From IMG/VR virus record IMGVR_UViG_3300038809_000011, positions 1-38,182 of that record: 38,182 nucleotides of DNA; one strand, written 5' to 3'. The translations under genes were made by a program, and so were the position numbers. Below the pieces are notes generated by a model that did not search any database, was not told the origin of the DNA, and worked only from the letters and a program-made list of their open reading frames with translations. This document shows, one piece after another, positions 18,801 through 25,840 of the stretch (position 1 is its first letter; each line of letters begins with the position of its first letter). This stretch comes from a virus.

Positions 18801-21244
18801 TTTTAATCTACGGGTTAGACAATAACAGTACATCACCAAAACGTATTGAATACGTTAAGGTTGAAACTGGCGAAACATTTACTGATTGGACGGTAGCTCC
18901 AGAGGACATGTTAGGAAAAGCAGACTTCCAAGTTTTCAAGACGACTTATGAAGCGAATGACCAAGCTATCAAAGCACGATTATTAGCTATTGATAGTAGC
19001 GAAGAAGGCTCAATTGTATATCGATTAAATGAAACAGAAAAGACGGCTAGTGGGAATACGACCACCATTTCTGACATTAAAACAAAACCTGGCGAACAAA
19101 TCACAGGCTATCAAACGATAAAAGAACGTAGCGAATTATACGAGCGTGTAATCGGAACAGATGAAGCGGGAATTAAAAGTAACATGGCACGAATAGTAAT
19201 GACTGACAGCCTGTTTAAAACAGAGGTTATTAAGAATGTACCATCATCTATTGGCGGTAGGAACTATGTACTAAAATCAAATGATTATTATTACACCAAC
19301 AATTACAAGGTCGCAGAGTACGATTTAAGCACCATTCCTAAAGGTACAAAGATTAAAATCAGTCTTTGGGGCGGGCTGTCTAGTTCAGTTAGAACTTTTG
19401 GCGTTTATGTAAATAATAGTAGTGGTGTAACGTCTGGAAATTCTCAAATTATTAAATTGGCTAAACTTGATGGTGTATTTGGTCAAGGGGTTAGTGTTCC
19501 ACTAGCTAAGTGGACAGCAGAAGCCACATTGAATGTTGATGCAAAGAAAATTTTAATCTATGGGTTAGACAATAACAGTACATCACCAAAACGTATTGAA
19601 TACGTCCAAATAGAAACTGGTGACTACTACACCGACTGGACTGCTGCACCCGAAGATAAAGCCAACATGTCAGCTATTACACAGTTGGAAAATAGCATTA
19701 GTTTGAAAGTATCAAACGCTGAATTATTAAGTGCGATTAACTTACAAGCTGGCGGTGTTCTTATCACAAGCGGTACGAACAAGTTGAATATCACACCAGA
19801 AACAACATTTATCCAAGATGCCACAATTAAGTCAGCTATGATTGATACCATTGACGTTAAAAAAATAACAGGTATCGAAGCAGATTTCACTACAATGATT
19901 ACTAAGGGTTTAACCGCTGACGTGATTACATCTACTATGATTAAAGCTGATGATGCTATGTTTACTAAATTGTTCACAAACAGCCTTGCGACAACTAAAC
20001 TGGCAGCACAAGGAGCTTGGATTACAAATGCTAATATTGTTTCGTTAGATGCAAGTAAGATTACTGCTGGAACTATTGCAACTGCTAGATTAAATGCTAC
20101 ACAGATTGTAACTACTGGATTAAGTGCTAATGTGGTTAAATCAGAGCATATTTTGGGCAGTACGGCTTTGATAGATAAGATATTCTCCGATACCGCATAC
20201 ATTACACAGCTTACAAGTAAGACAGCGTTCATTAGTTCGATACAAGCTATTGACATTAGTGCAAGTAAGATTACAAGTGGTACATTAGATGCAAGTAAGA
20301 TTACAGTAAGTAATTTAGATGCTAGTAGTATTACGGCAAACCAAGCAAACTTAATCAAAGCAGGGCTAACAAGTTCTTCTGGAGGTACTCTAGCGCTAAG
20401 TGGAGACCAATTCTTAAGTACCGCAAGTGATGGCTCACAGACATATATACAAAATGGTGTTACTGGTACTAGAAACCCACAAGGTGCAACTATTGGACAG
20501 ATTGGTTATGCTTATGAATCTTCAAGTCCATGGTACTCTATGCAAGTTTCACACGGTTCTCACTTCCAGATTCGTATGAGTCGTGGTGATGGGCAACTTA
20601 ACAAACAAGCCTTCTACATTATCTCTGGTGGTACTGAGTCTTATCTAAACACAGATAACATCTACTTAAACCCAGCTTCAAGTGGACGTGTTCGGGTGCA
20701 AGGTGCTATGACAGTTGATGGAGTCTTACGTACAGAGGGTACTGTGCTTGTACGTTCTAAGTTAGAATACTTGAATGGTGGTTTTATCGAGTCGCAATCA
20801 GCTAACTCAAACATGCTAATCAATGCTTCTAACAAGTTGGTTATCTATACAAACGGCTCAAACGCCTTAGAATTTGATGCTAACAACGCAGTATTTAGAC
20901 GTAAGATTTCCGAGAACTCTGATGCTAGGTTGAAAACTAATATCGTAGATATGCCGATTGATAGCCTAGATGCAATCAGAAACATGGAGATTAAGAAGTT
21001 TGACTACCTAGATGGTCGTACAAACTATTACGGTATCATTGCCCAACAAGCACAACAATACCTACCAGAGCTAATTAATACTGATAGTGAAGGGTACTTA
21101 ATGGTAGACAAGTCAGCAATGACTTACGTTAATATGCACGCTATTCAACAGTTAGATAACAAGGTAGATGACGAAGTAACCAAATTAAAAGCTAAGATAA
21201 CAACATTAGAAAAAGAACTAGCGCTATTAAAAGGAGCAGCATAA
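15812..21244 (+). CDS. Tail-associated lysin-like / receptor-binding fibre protein (Tal N-terminus, coiled coil, three carbohydrate-binding-like modules, repeat-rich shaft, C-terminal S74 chaperone)
   Basis: 1810 aa. The N-terminus (IYLYD ...) resembles prophage tail endopeptidase/Tal proteins. The three modules each end in TDW-x-APED. SDARLKTNI (from 20918) matches the autoproteolytic chaperone motif. The start is ambiguous (GTG 15812 or TTG 15818). Confidence 0.85.
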   Translation: MVLVIIYLYDSTSTDFTYNGVPLSQAHDVNVEFEINGSYYVTFKHPLDTEEIYKTIQKDMIVTVNTPDGLQPFRIIESVNTTKKVEFEAWALLYADMRNKLVKPITIRGLSGQAAVNTFVNNLLIDTPFTFTSNITDAHDYHTQDTEERKNNPNQLYNALDVFKDIVTRWQGELVINGYDVRVVNRLGKNTGALLYEKKNISDFTDEESIQDIATRLYGKAEWTERPEGSNQEIKHEISVKVESPLINAYSGIVFEKQYTNNDIRTEKEMTDWLNLKFTTDNIDKPSRNIKVGTNIVDNTVINIGDSLVLKYVKHDVDMEIRMVGYTYDGYANRYITIQLGDAKQSYVGNVQNTVREIETNVNTAVKQTVNQILNANGERMIYSVTEPVGNFKNGDVWFDQQGGMYFWDEASGMWIDHPYNRNMRVMEDEVNTAIETAETAKALAVSEAEQALADANKYADEQDALITQQVSSDVNTAISTANTAKATAESSYTNAVAEATRLDGVQKIAFDNRFGTIQTSVDTFNQSVADVDAKADDALVKAGANANLLTTHQNTLDTINTVTLPNISSTAGTALANAKSAMDEAKLADGKIANYVTTNGLVNGTTVDSKINTATGEISKKITAVEGKIPKEIGGQNYVINSNFASKFSNWHVNNSSYISLNGKVVKASGFAGAGIFATINNTSETETYTISVYIKGTGSIRIGFESGVRIIPIPSKDTFTRINFTTVRGASSTFVLYTNTVDTVLEFKNIQIEKGSILTDWKLAPEDNYTKEEFKIFESTYNSDVTGIRSSLTDLSNKKLDGTTYTNFYNNDYKITAQGVTDAWTAVNKIVDANGNTTETFAKAVYDKNATRRTEDFDEVTKDLVKEATYTAGINGLSGSISTVSGRVDKLVAGGGGRNYALKSNAYYYTTNYKVSEYDLAKIPKGTKIKVSLWGGLDSGVRTFGVYINNGNGTASGNSQIIELTKLDGVFGQGVAVPLAKWTGEAILNVDASKILIYGLDNNSTSPKRIEYVKVETGETFTDWTVAPEDMLGKADFQVFKTTYEANDQAIKARLLAIDSSEEGSIVYRLNETEKTASGNTTTISDIKTKPGEQITGYQTIKERSELYERVIGTDEAGIKSNMARIVMTDSLFKTEVIKNVPSSIGGRNYVLKSNDYYYTNNYKVAEYDLSTIPKGTKIKISLWGGLSSSVRTFGVYVNNSSGVTSGNSQIIKLAKLDGVFGQGVSVPLAKWTAEATLNVDAKKILIYGLDNNSTSPKRIEYVQIETGDYYTDWTAAPEDKANMSAITQLENSISLKVSNAELLSAINLQAGGVLITSGTNKLNITPETTFIQDATIKSAMIDTIDVKKITGIEADFTTMITKGLTADVITSTMIKADDAMFTKLFTNSLATTKLAAQGAWITNANIVSLDASKITAGTIATARLNATQIVTTGLSANVVKSEHILGSTALIDKIFSDTAYITQLTSKTAFISSIQAIDISASKITSGTLDASKITVSNLDASSITANQANLIKAGLTSSSGGTLALSGDQFLSTASDGSQTYIQNGVTGTRNPQGATIGQIGYAYESSSPWYSMQVSHGSHFQIRMSRGDGQLNKQAFYIISGGTESYLNTDNIYLNPASSGRVRVQGAMTVDGVLRTEGTVLVRSKLEYLNGGFIESQSANSNMLINASNKLVIYTNGSNALEFDANNAVFRRKISENSDARLKTNIVDMPIDSLDAIRNMEIKKFDYLDGRTNYYGIIAQQAQQYLPELINTDSEGYLMVDKSAMTYVNMHAIQQLDNKVDDEVTKLKAKITTLEKELALLKGAA
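17714..18118 (+). repeat. Diverged first copy of the TDW-x-APED module in the fibre gene
   Basis: GGQNYVINS ... ILTDWKLAPED has the same boundaries as the two downstream modules, but the interior has diverged. Confidence 0.5.
18503..18907 (+). repeat. Module repeat copy 1 (paralogous to 19253-19657)
   Basis: GGRNYALKSNAYYYTTNYKVSEYDLAKIPKGTKIKVSLWGG ... TDWTVAPED. Confidence 0.9.
19253..19657 (+). repeat. Module repeat copy 2 (exactly 750 nt downstream of copy 1)
   Basis: GGRNYVLKSNDYYYTNNYKVAEYDLSTIPKGTKIKISLWGG ... TDWTAAPED. A 44-nt identical block lies at 18812-18855 and 19562-19605. Confidence 0.9.
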
Positions 21245-21678
21245 TGAAAACCATTAAAATTAAGAATATTGAAACGGGTCAAATCTTTAATTTCTTACAA
21301 AATTTAGAATTAAAAGGTAAAGCAAGTCGTGGACGCACACAGTTAATGAAGCGACTTGATGAAAAGAATAAAGAATTCTTAGCTGATTTGACGGAATTAC
21401 AAAAAGAACATTTTGAGACTGATAAGAATGGGGATTTAATCTCTGATGAGAATGGTATGTTAAATCCTCTAGGTGAAGCTGAAGCACGAGAAGCAGAAAC
21501 GAAAGGGGGTGAATTACAACAGGAAGTTGTTGAAATTAGTTTTGGAGAATATTCATCAAAGTATGAGGCACTCTTCAGTGCTTTAGACGAGCTGGATGTG
21601 CCTTTGGTAGGACATCAAGCAGAAGTATACGACACACTTATGACCGCTTATGAATCAATCGAAAAAGGAGATAAATAA
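21244..21678 (+). CDS. Hypothetical protein (post-fibre)
   Basis: 144 aa. The start overlaps the fibre stop (TAATG). No motif recognised. Confidence 0.6.
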   Translation: MKTIKIKNIETGQIFNFLQNLELKGKASRGRTQLMKRLDEKNKEFLADLTELQKEHFETDKNGDLISDENGMLNPLGEAEAREAETKGGELQQEVVEISFGEYSSKYEALFSALDELDVPLVGHQAEVYDTLMTAYESIEKGDK

Positions 21679-21680
21679 TT

Positions 21681-21980
21681 ATGGGATTAAATAAAAATAA
21701 AACAACATTCGTCATTTCTCGCATAAAGAACGGTGTTGAGGAAGTAGCTCAATATAACGATTACAACGGTACAATTTACTGGTACTCAAATCGTGATAGC
21801 GCCACAAACTTTGAAGATTTAGAACTTGCTAAAGGTATGTTACAAGTACAAGATATGATGGCTAAGCTAACTAAGCAAGACGTATCTTTCAAATTATATC
21901 AATTAGACGCTGAAACATTTGAAATCAACACAGACGGTGAACGTGTAGTGGTTGAAGAGACGCCAGTCGAACCAGCGTAA
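21681..21980 (+). CDS. Hypothetical protein
   Basis: 99 aa. GGAG-type SD upstream, tightly packed with its neighbour. Confidence 0.6.
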   Translation: MGLNKNKTTFVISRIKNGVEEVAQYNDYNGTIYWYSNRDSATNFEDLELAKGMLQVQDMMAKLTKQDVSFKLYQLDAETFEINTDGERVVVEETPVEPA

Positions 21981-21988
21981 CATTAAGA

Positions 21989-22023
21989 AAGCACTCAATT
22001 CATTTTGGGTGCTTTTATTTTTT
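21989..22023 (+). terminator. Intrinsic terminator ending the tail operon
   Basis: AAGCACTCAA pairs with TTGGGTGCTT (one G-U pair), with a 6-nt loop, followed by a T-rich run. Confidence 0.7.
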
Positions 22024-22041
22024 AATGAAAGGAGCGTGTAA

Positions 22042-22425
22042 ATGGATTGGCAACAAGTAATTGAACGAATCGCAGTAAATGCAGGTTATATCGTCACGAT
22101 TTTCACGGCGATCAAATACTTCGTTTTGAATCCGTTGGAAAAACGGCGAAAAAAAGAAGATGATGATAAAGTTGCAGAACAGAACGCATTCCAAGAGCGC
22201 ATTTTACAAAAGACTTCCGAAAATCAAAAACCGCTAGTTGAAGCGCTTGATAGCTTGAAACAACTTATCGAGGACACACGGCGTGAAAGTGATAATCTAC
22301 ATAAGATTGCTGATGTTAATGTAAAAGCGATTGGGGAATTAGACGAGGAAATGGGTAACCACGACAAGCGCATTTATCGGTTGGAAGTTAAAAATGGTTT
22401 TATAAAAATGGAGGAAGAAAAATAA
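22042..22425 (+). CDS. N-terminally membrane-anchored coiled-coil protein of the lysis cassette
   Basis: 127 aa. One TM segment (AGYIVTIFTAIKYFVL) followed by a charged coiled coil. It abuts the holin gene. Confidence 0.55.
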   Translation: MDWQQVIERIAVNAGYIVTIFTAIKYFVLNPLEKRRKKEDDDKVAEQNAFQERILQKTSENQKPLVEALDSLKQLIEDTRRESDNLHKIADVNVKAIGELDEEMGNHDKRIYRLEVKNGFIKMEEEK

Positions 22426-22697
22426 TGGACATTTTAAATTATGTCGTTCAAGAAGGGCTGGTAATGATACCAGTCCTTTTTATTATTGGTGAGATTATTA
22501 AAGGTACGGAAACGATTGAAAATAAGTATATCCCAGTTATTTTATTGGTGTTATCTTTGGCATTAACACCTTTCGTTTTAGGCGGATACACAGCAGATAA
22601 TATCGTGCAGTCTGTTTTGGTTGCTGGTGTAACTGTATTTGGTAATGAGTTGATTAAGCAATCAAGTAAAGGAGAAAAAATAAATGGTAGTAACTAA
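22425..22697 (+). CDS. Holin
   Basis: 90 aa. Two or three hydrophobic segments and a charged C-terminus (KQSSKGEK). It lies directly upstream of, and overlaps, the endolysin. Confidence 0.75.
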   Translation: MDILNYVVQEGLVMIPVLFIIGEIIKGTETIENKYIPVILLVLSLALTPFVLGGYTADNIVQSVLVAGVTVFGNELIKQSSKGEKINGSN

Positions 22698-23835
22698 AAT
22701 CCAAAAACACTTAACGCTAGTAAATAGCGGCACTAAGGGAACTAACACCCCTGAATGGATTATCTTCCATTTTGTAGGTGCAGCAGGTCAAGCAAAAGAT
22801 AATGCTAACTATTTCCGTTCAGTGTATCGTGGCGCTTCCGCTCATTATTTTGTTGACCCTAAAAACATTATTCAAGTTGTCGAAGACACGACACCTGCTT
22901 GGCATATTGGAGATGGTTACAATTCAGGCAAAGGTACATACAATGGCTATGTTAAAGCCAAAGGCGCCACCAACACTAATGCGATTGGTATTGAGCTTTG
23001 CCAAGATACGTCAACAGGTTCTGATGTATGGCATTGGGATTTTGAAAAGGAAACGGTTGATAATGCTGAATGGCTAATCAATCAATTGCAAGTAAAATAC
23101 GGTATTGACGATGATCACATTATTCGTCACTATGATGCTTCAGGCAAATTGTGTCCTGGTAACTGGCAATATGACAACTGGGCTAAATGGACTGCTTTCA
23201 AGAAACGTTTAGCAGGAGTACCACAATCAACATCTACTGCAGTAGCAGTTTCAGATGGTAAGCCATCAGTTACAGGCATGTACCTTGTGAAAGCAGGCGA
23301 CACATTAGCTAAAATTGCGAAAGCAAATAAGGTGACTGTTAACGATTTAGTGAAATGGAATGACTTAGACAATCCAAACTTAATCTTCCCAGAAACGAAA
23401 CTATTCATTAAAGCACCAACGGTTAAAGGAACTACTGATATTGATGCCTTAGCTCGTAAAACAATTAATGGCGAATTTGGTTCTGGCGAAGCCCGTAAGA
23501 AAGCATTAGGCACTAATTATGACAAGGTACAAGCTCGAGTGAATGAAATCTTGTTAGGCACTTCAGCAACTGTAACTAAGACTACTAAGCAATTAGCCCA
23601 AGAAGTTTTAGATGGTAAACATGGTTTAGGAGATGCACGTAAGAAATCATTAGGTTCTCGATATGATGAAGTGCAAGCAGAAGTTAACAAGATGCTAGCT
23701 GGCAAATCAGTAGATACGCTTGCTAGAGAAGTTTTGGACGGTAAGTGGGGTAATGGTGTAGAACGTAAGAATAGATTAGTGAAAGCTGGGTATGACTACA
23801 ATGCGGTGCAAGCTAGAGTTAATCAGTTGATGTAA
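22684..23835 (+). CDS. Endolysin: N-acetylmuramoyl-L-alanine amidase (Amidase_2/PGRP-like) + LysM + three CW_7 (Cpl-7-like) repeats
   Basis: Amidase pattern: FHF ... SAHYFVD ... AWHIGDG ... NAIGIELC ... RHYDASGKLCPG. LysM lies at about 23281-23411 (YLVKAGDTLAKIAKANKVTVNDLVKWN). Three ~40-aa repeats of G-x-G-x-x-R-K-x-x-LG-x-x-Y-x-x-VQ-x-x-VN lie at 23437-23832. Confidence 0.85.
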   Translation: MVVTKIQKHLTLVNSGTKGTNTPEWIIFHFVGAAGQAKDNANYFRSVYRGASAHYFVDPKNIIQVVEDTTPAWHIGDGYNSGKGTYNGYVKAKGATNTNAIGIELCQDTSTGSDVWHWDFEKETVDNAEWLINQLQVKYGIDDDHIIRHYDASGKLCPGNWQYDNWAKWTAFKKRLAGVPQSTSTAVAVSDGKPSVTGMYLVKAGDTLAKIAKANKVTVNDLVKWNDLDNPNLIFPETKLFIKAPTVKGTTDIDALARKTINGEFGSGEARKKALGTNYDKVQARVNEILLGTSATVTKTTKQLAQEVLDGKHGLGDARKKSLGSRYDEVQAEVNKMLAGKSVDTLAREVLDGKWGNGVERKNRLVKAGYDYNAVQARVNQLM

Positions 23836-23876
23836 TTGTATGACAATCATGCGTTAAAATTTAAAAAATAAAGCAC

Positions 23877-24010
23877 AAAAGGACAGCTCGTTATGAGTTG
23901 CCCTCTTTTTTTGTTGGATCTTATACTTCAATGTTTTGTGTTTTATATCTTGCCTCTCTTAAAATGTAGCAAAAAATCGCAAGCGTCTTGTTTTTCAGTA
24001 TGTTTTTATT
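23877..24010. repeat. Left copy of the ~135-nt imperfect direct repeat flanking the moron cassette
   Basis: Aligns by eye with 25584-25721. Both start AAAAGG + terminator hairpin + T-run + GTTG, and share TTTTATATC(T/G)TGCCTCTC (17 of 18 identical). Confidence 0.75.
23881..23912 (+). terminator. Intrinsic terminator after the endolysin (imperfect stem)
   Basis: GGACAGCTC pairs with GAGTTGCCC (one mismatch, one G-U), with a 5-nt loop, followed by TCTTTTTTT. Confidence 0.6.
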
Positions 24011-24088
24011 TTCAATAAAAGCATGAGATTTTTATTATCTGTTATTATATAATAAATTAAAAATCTAATAGTTGGGAATGTGGTTTAA

Positions 24089-25465
24089 TTGGTCTATAGA
24101 AATAAGAATTTTGAAAATGTATCAAAGTATAACGATATTATAAGTAATTTCTATGAAACAATAAAATCTTTAGATGCATATTTAAAAAATATTCAAAAAG
24201 GTATGCGAGTTGTAAATATAATTGATAGAGGTGGAGATGTTAGGCCGTTAGAATTACTTTTAAACTTGAGAGTAGGATATTCTGATGGAATAATTTCTTT
24301 AGAAGAATATGAAAAAAGGTTGAACAAAATAAAAGAAGATTATGATAGGGCAGAAATGATAGATGAAGCGTTAGTTGAAGACGAAAAGGGAATAACCTCA
24401 AATAATCCTTATTTTGCAAGACTTATACACATTCTTAACACTAGTAATAATAATACAAAGAATGAATTATTAAAAATCCAAGAAATGACATTCGTTAATA
24501 TATTGAGCATTTTTGAAAGTAGTATAAGTTCCCTACTAGTTCTTTATTTTTCTAAAATTCACCAATCGACGAACGATATAGATAAGAGAAAAATTCAATA
24601 TTCTGACATTTCTTTTGTAGATTCGAAAGATGAATTGAAAGAATATTTTGTTTCTGATTTTATCAAAAGTAAAATGTATGAAAAATTTGAGAGTTGGATT
24701 GAATTTGCTTTAGATAAATTAACAAAAATGGATAAGAATACCTTGAAAAAGGAGTTTGGACAAGATATTGAAGAGATATCTGTAGCATATATATATAGAA
24801 ACCTTGTACTACATAATCAAGGAATTGTAAATTACGAATCTTTAAAGTCCGGAAAAATTAACAGCTATAACAACGGCGATAAATTAGAAATTGATGAAAA
24901 ATATATTTATCACATCAAAAATATACTGTATAAGCTATTCTCTATAATTTCTCTACAATGTATTAAAAAATTTAAAAATAATGATAAATTTAGTGAACAA
25001 TTTGCACTAAATAATATTAATTCTATCGCAGTTGAAATAATGAATGAGAATGATTATTTAGGATCGGCCATAATTTTTGAGCAACTTAATATCTATTGTA
25101 ATAAGGATTTAGATGATAATTATGAATTTAGAAATTTTAAAAGAATTGTATATTATAATAGCCTACTGAATAGCTTATTATTGAATGATGAAAGTAAAGA
25201 AGATCTGTTAAAAGATTATGATAAATTTCTTGAAATTAATAAAGAATCTTTTGAATCTGGAGATTTGTTTGCTGAAGGTATTTTTAAATATAAATCATCC
25301 AATGAATTTGACATAAATTATTTGGATACCATTATGGATGAATTTTGTGATTCTAGAAGTGCAAAAATTAATGTTCTCCTGGATTGGCCAATGTTTAAAT
25401 TAATAGAGAATGATGTCGATTTTATTGAATATAAAGAAAAAATGTTGTATTATAGAGATGTTTAA
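24089..25465 (+). CDS. AT-rich moron-encoded 458-aa protein with HEPN-like R-x4-H motif (candidate abortive-infection/defence RNase)
   Basis: Long ORF in a very AT-rich segment. YRNLVLHNQG has R at 24797-24799 and H at 24812-24814, preceded by helical segments (ILSIFESSISSLLVLYF ... WIEFALDKL). The C-terminal ~200 aa look helical-repeat-like. The start is uncertain (TTG 24089 or ATG 24203). Confidence 0.5.
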   Translation: MVYRNKNFENVSKYNDIISNFYETIKSLDAYLKNIQKGMRVVNIIDRGGDVRPLELLLNLRVGYSDGIISLEEYEKRLNKIKEDYDRAEMIDEALVEDEKGITSNNPYFARLIHILNTSNNNTKNELLKIQEMTFVNILSIFESSISSLLVLYFSKIHQSTNDIDKRKIQYSDISFVDSKDELKEYFVSDFIKSKMYEKFESWIEFALDKLTKMDKNTLKKEFGQDIEEISVAYIYRNLVLHNQGIVNYESLKSGKINSYNNGDKLEIDEKYIYHIKNILYKLFSIISLQCIKKFKNNDKFSEQFALNNINSIAVEIMNENDYLGSAIIFEQLNIYCNKDLDDNYEFRNFKRIVYYNSLLNSLLLNDESKEDLLKDYDKFLEINKESFESGDLFAEGIFKYKSSNEFDINYLDTIMDEFCDSRSAKINVLLDWPMFKLIENDVDFIEYKEKMLYYRDV

Positions 25466-25494
25466 GCCTAAGAACTTTGATAGGAGGAATATTT

Positions 25495-25554
25495 ATGACT
25501 TCAACTGAAGATAAAAATATTAACGAGGTTCGAGATGTTATCATAAAAAAATAA
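25495..25554 (+). CDS. 19-codon micro-ORF (MTSTEDKNINEVRDVIIKK)
   Basis: ATG lies 6 nt after the strong SD TAGGAGGA (25481-25488), 29 nt downstream of the moron ORF and upstream of a terminator. Confidence 0.35.
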   Translation: MTSTEDKNINEVRDVIIKK

Positions 25555-25587
25555 AATTTTGCCTGTAGAGTAACTCTTAAGGTAAAA

Positions 25588-25621
25588 GGGTAACTCGTAA
25601 ATGAGTTATCCTATTTTTTTT
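25588..25621 (+). terminator. Intrinsic terminator after the moron and micro-ORF
   Basis: GGGTAACTC pairs with GAGTTATCC (one G-U), with a 6-nt loop, followed by TATTTTTTTT. Confidence 0.75.
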
Positions 25622-25692
25622 GTTGATTTTTATTATCCAATCGTTTATATTTTATATCGTGCCTCTCCCAAAGTGTGGCACACAACTTCAAG

Positions 25693-25718
25693 CACCCTGT
25701 TTTGCAGGGTGTTTTTTT
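25693..25718 (+). terminator. Intrinsic terminator
   Basis: CACCCTG pairs perfectly with CAGGGTG, with a 5-nt loop, followed by seven T. Confidence 0.8.
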
Positions 25719-25723
25719 ATTGA

Positions 25724-25753
25724 GCCCTCACTTAATTGTGGGGGGCTTTTTTT
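25724..25753 (+). terminator. Intrinsic terminator
   Basis: GCCCTCAC pairs with GTGGGGGGC (one bulge, one G-U), with a 6-nt loop, followed by seven T. Confidence 0.65.
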
Positions 25754-25809
25754 ATTTTGCCTATTTTTCGGCAATTATCTTAATTGGTGTGAATTTTGGA
25801 AAACCTTTC

Positions 25810-25840
25810 GAGTAGCTTTTGAGTAGCTTTTGAGTAACTG
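25810..25840. repeat. Tandem 11-nt repeat GAGTAGCTTTT x2 plus partial GAGTAACTG
   Basis: Read directly from the sequence. It abuts the left TGTTGACC pair. Confidence 0.8.

Larger units (their letters stand above)
25584..25721. repeat. Right copy of the ~135-nt imperfect direct repeat flanking the moron cassette
   Basis: See 23877-24010. This copy retains a second perfect terminator hairpin that is degenerate in the left copy. Confidence 0.75.

Noticed and set aside
18503-19657. Fibre-gene repeat pair as template/variable repeats of a diversity-generating retroelement
   Set aside because: No reverse transcriptase or accessory gene exists anywhere in the genome, and both copies are in-frame parts of the same ORF. 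A simple module duplication is the better explanation.
19627-20358. 243-aa minus-strand ORF inside the fibre gene
   Set aside because: It is antisense to the repeat-rich shaft region (DASKIT-type repeats). The hydrophobic translation is an artefact of the complementary codon bias.
22778-23077. 99-aa plus-strand ORF in an alternative frame inside the endolysin gene
   Set aside because: It is fully embedded in the amidase domain coding region and has no SD or motifs. Treated as a chance ORF.
24048-24053. TATAAT upstream of the moron ORF as a defined promoter feature
   Set aside because: No acceptable -35 or TG extension lies at the right spacing, and the region is so AT-rich that -10-like hexamers occur by chance. 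It is mentioned only as a possibility.
25620-25826. 68-aa plus-strand ORF downstream of the moron
   Set aside because: It spans two or three intrinsic terminators and a tandem repeat. It is T-rich (a Phe/Cys/Leu-rich translation), has no SD, and starts inside a terminator T-run.
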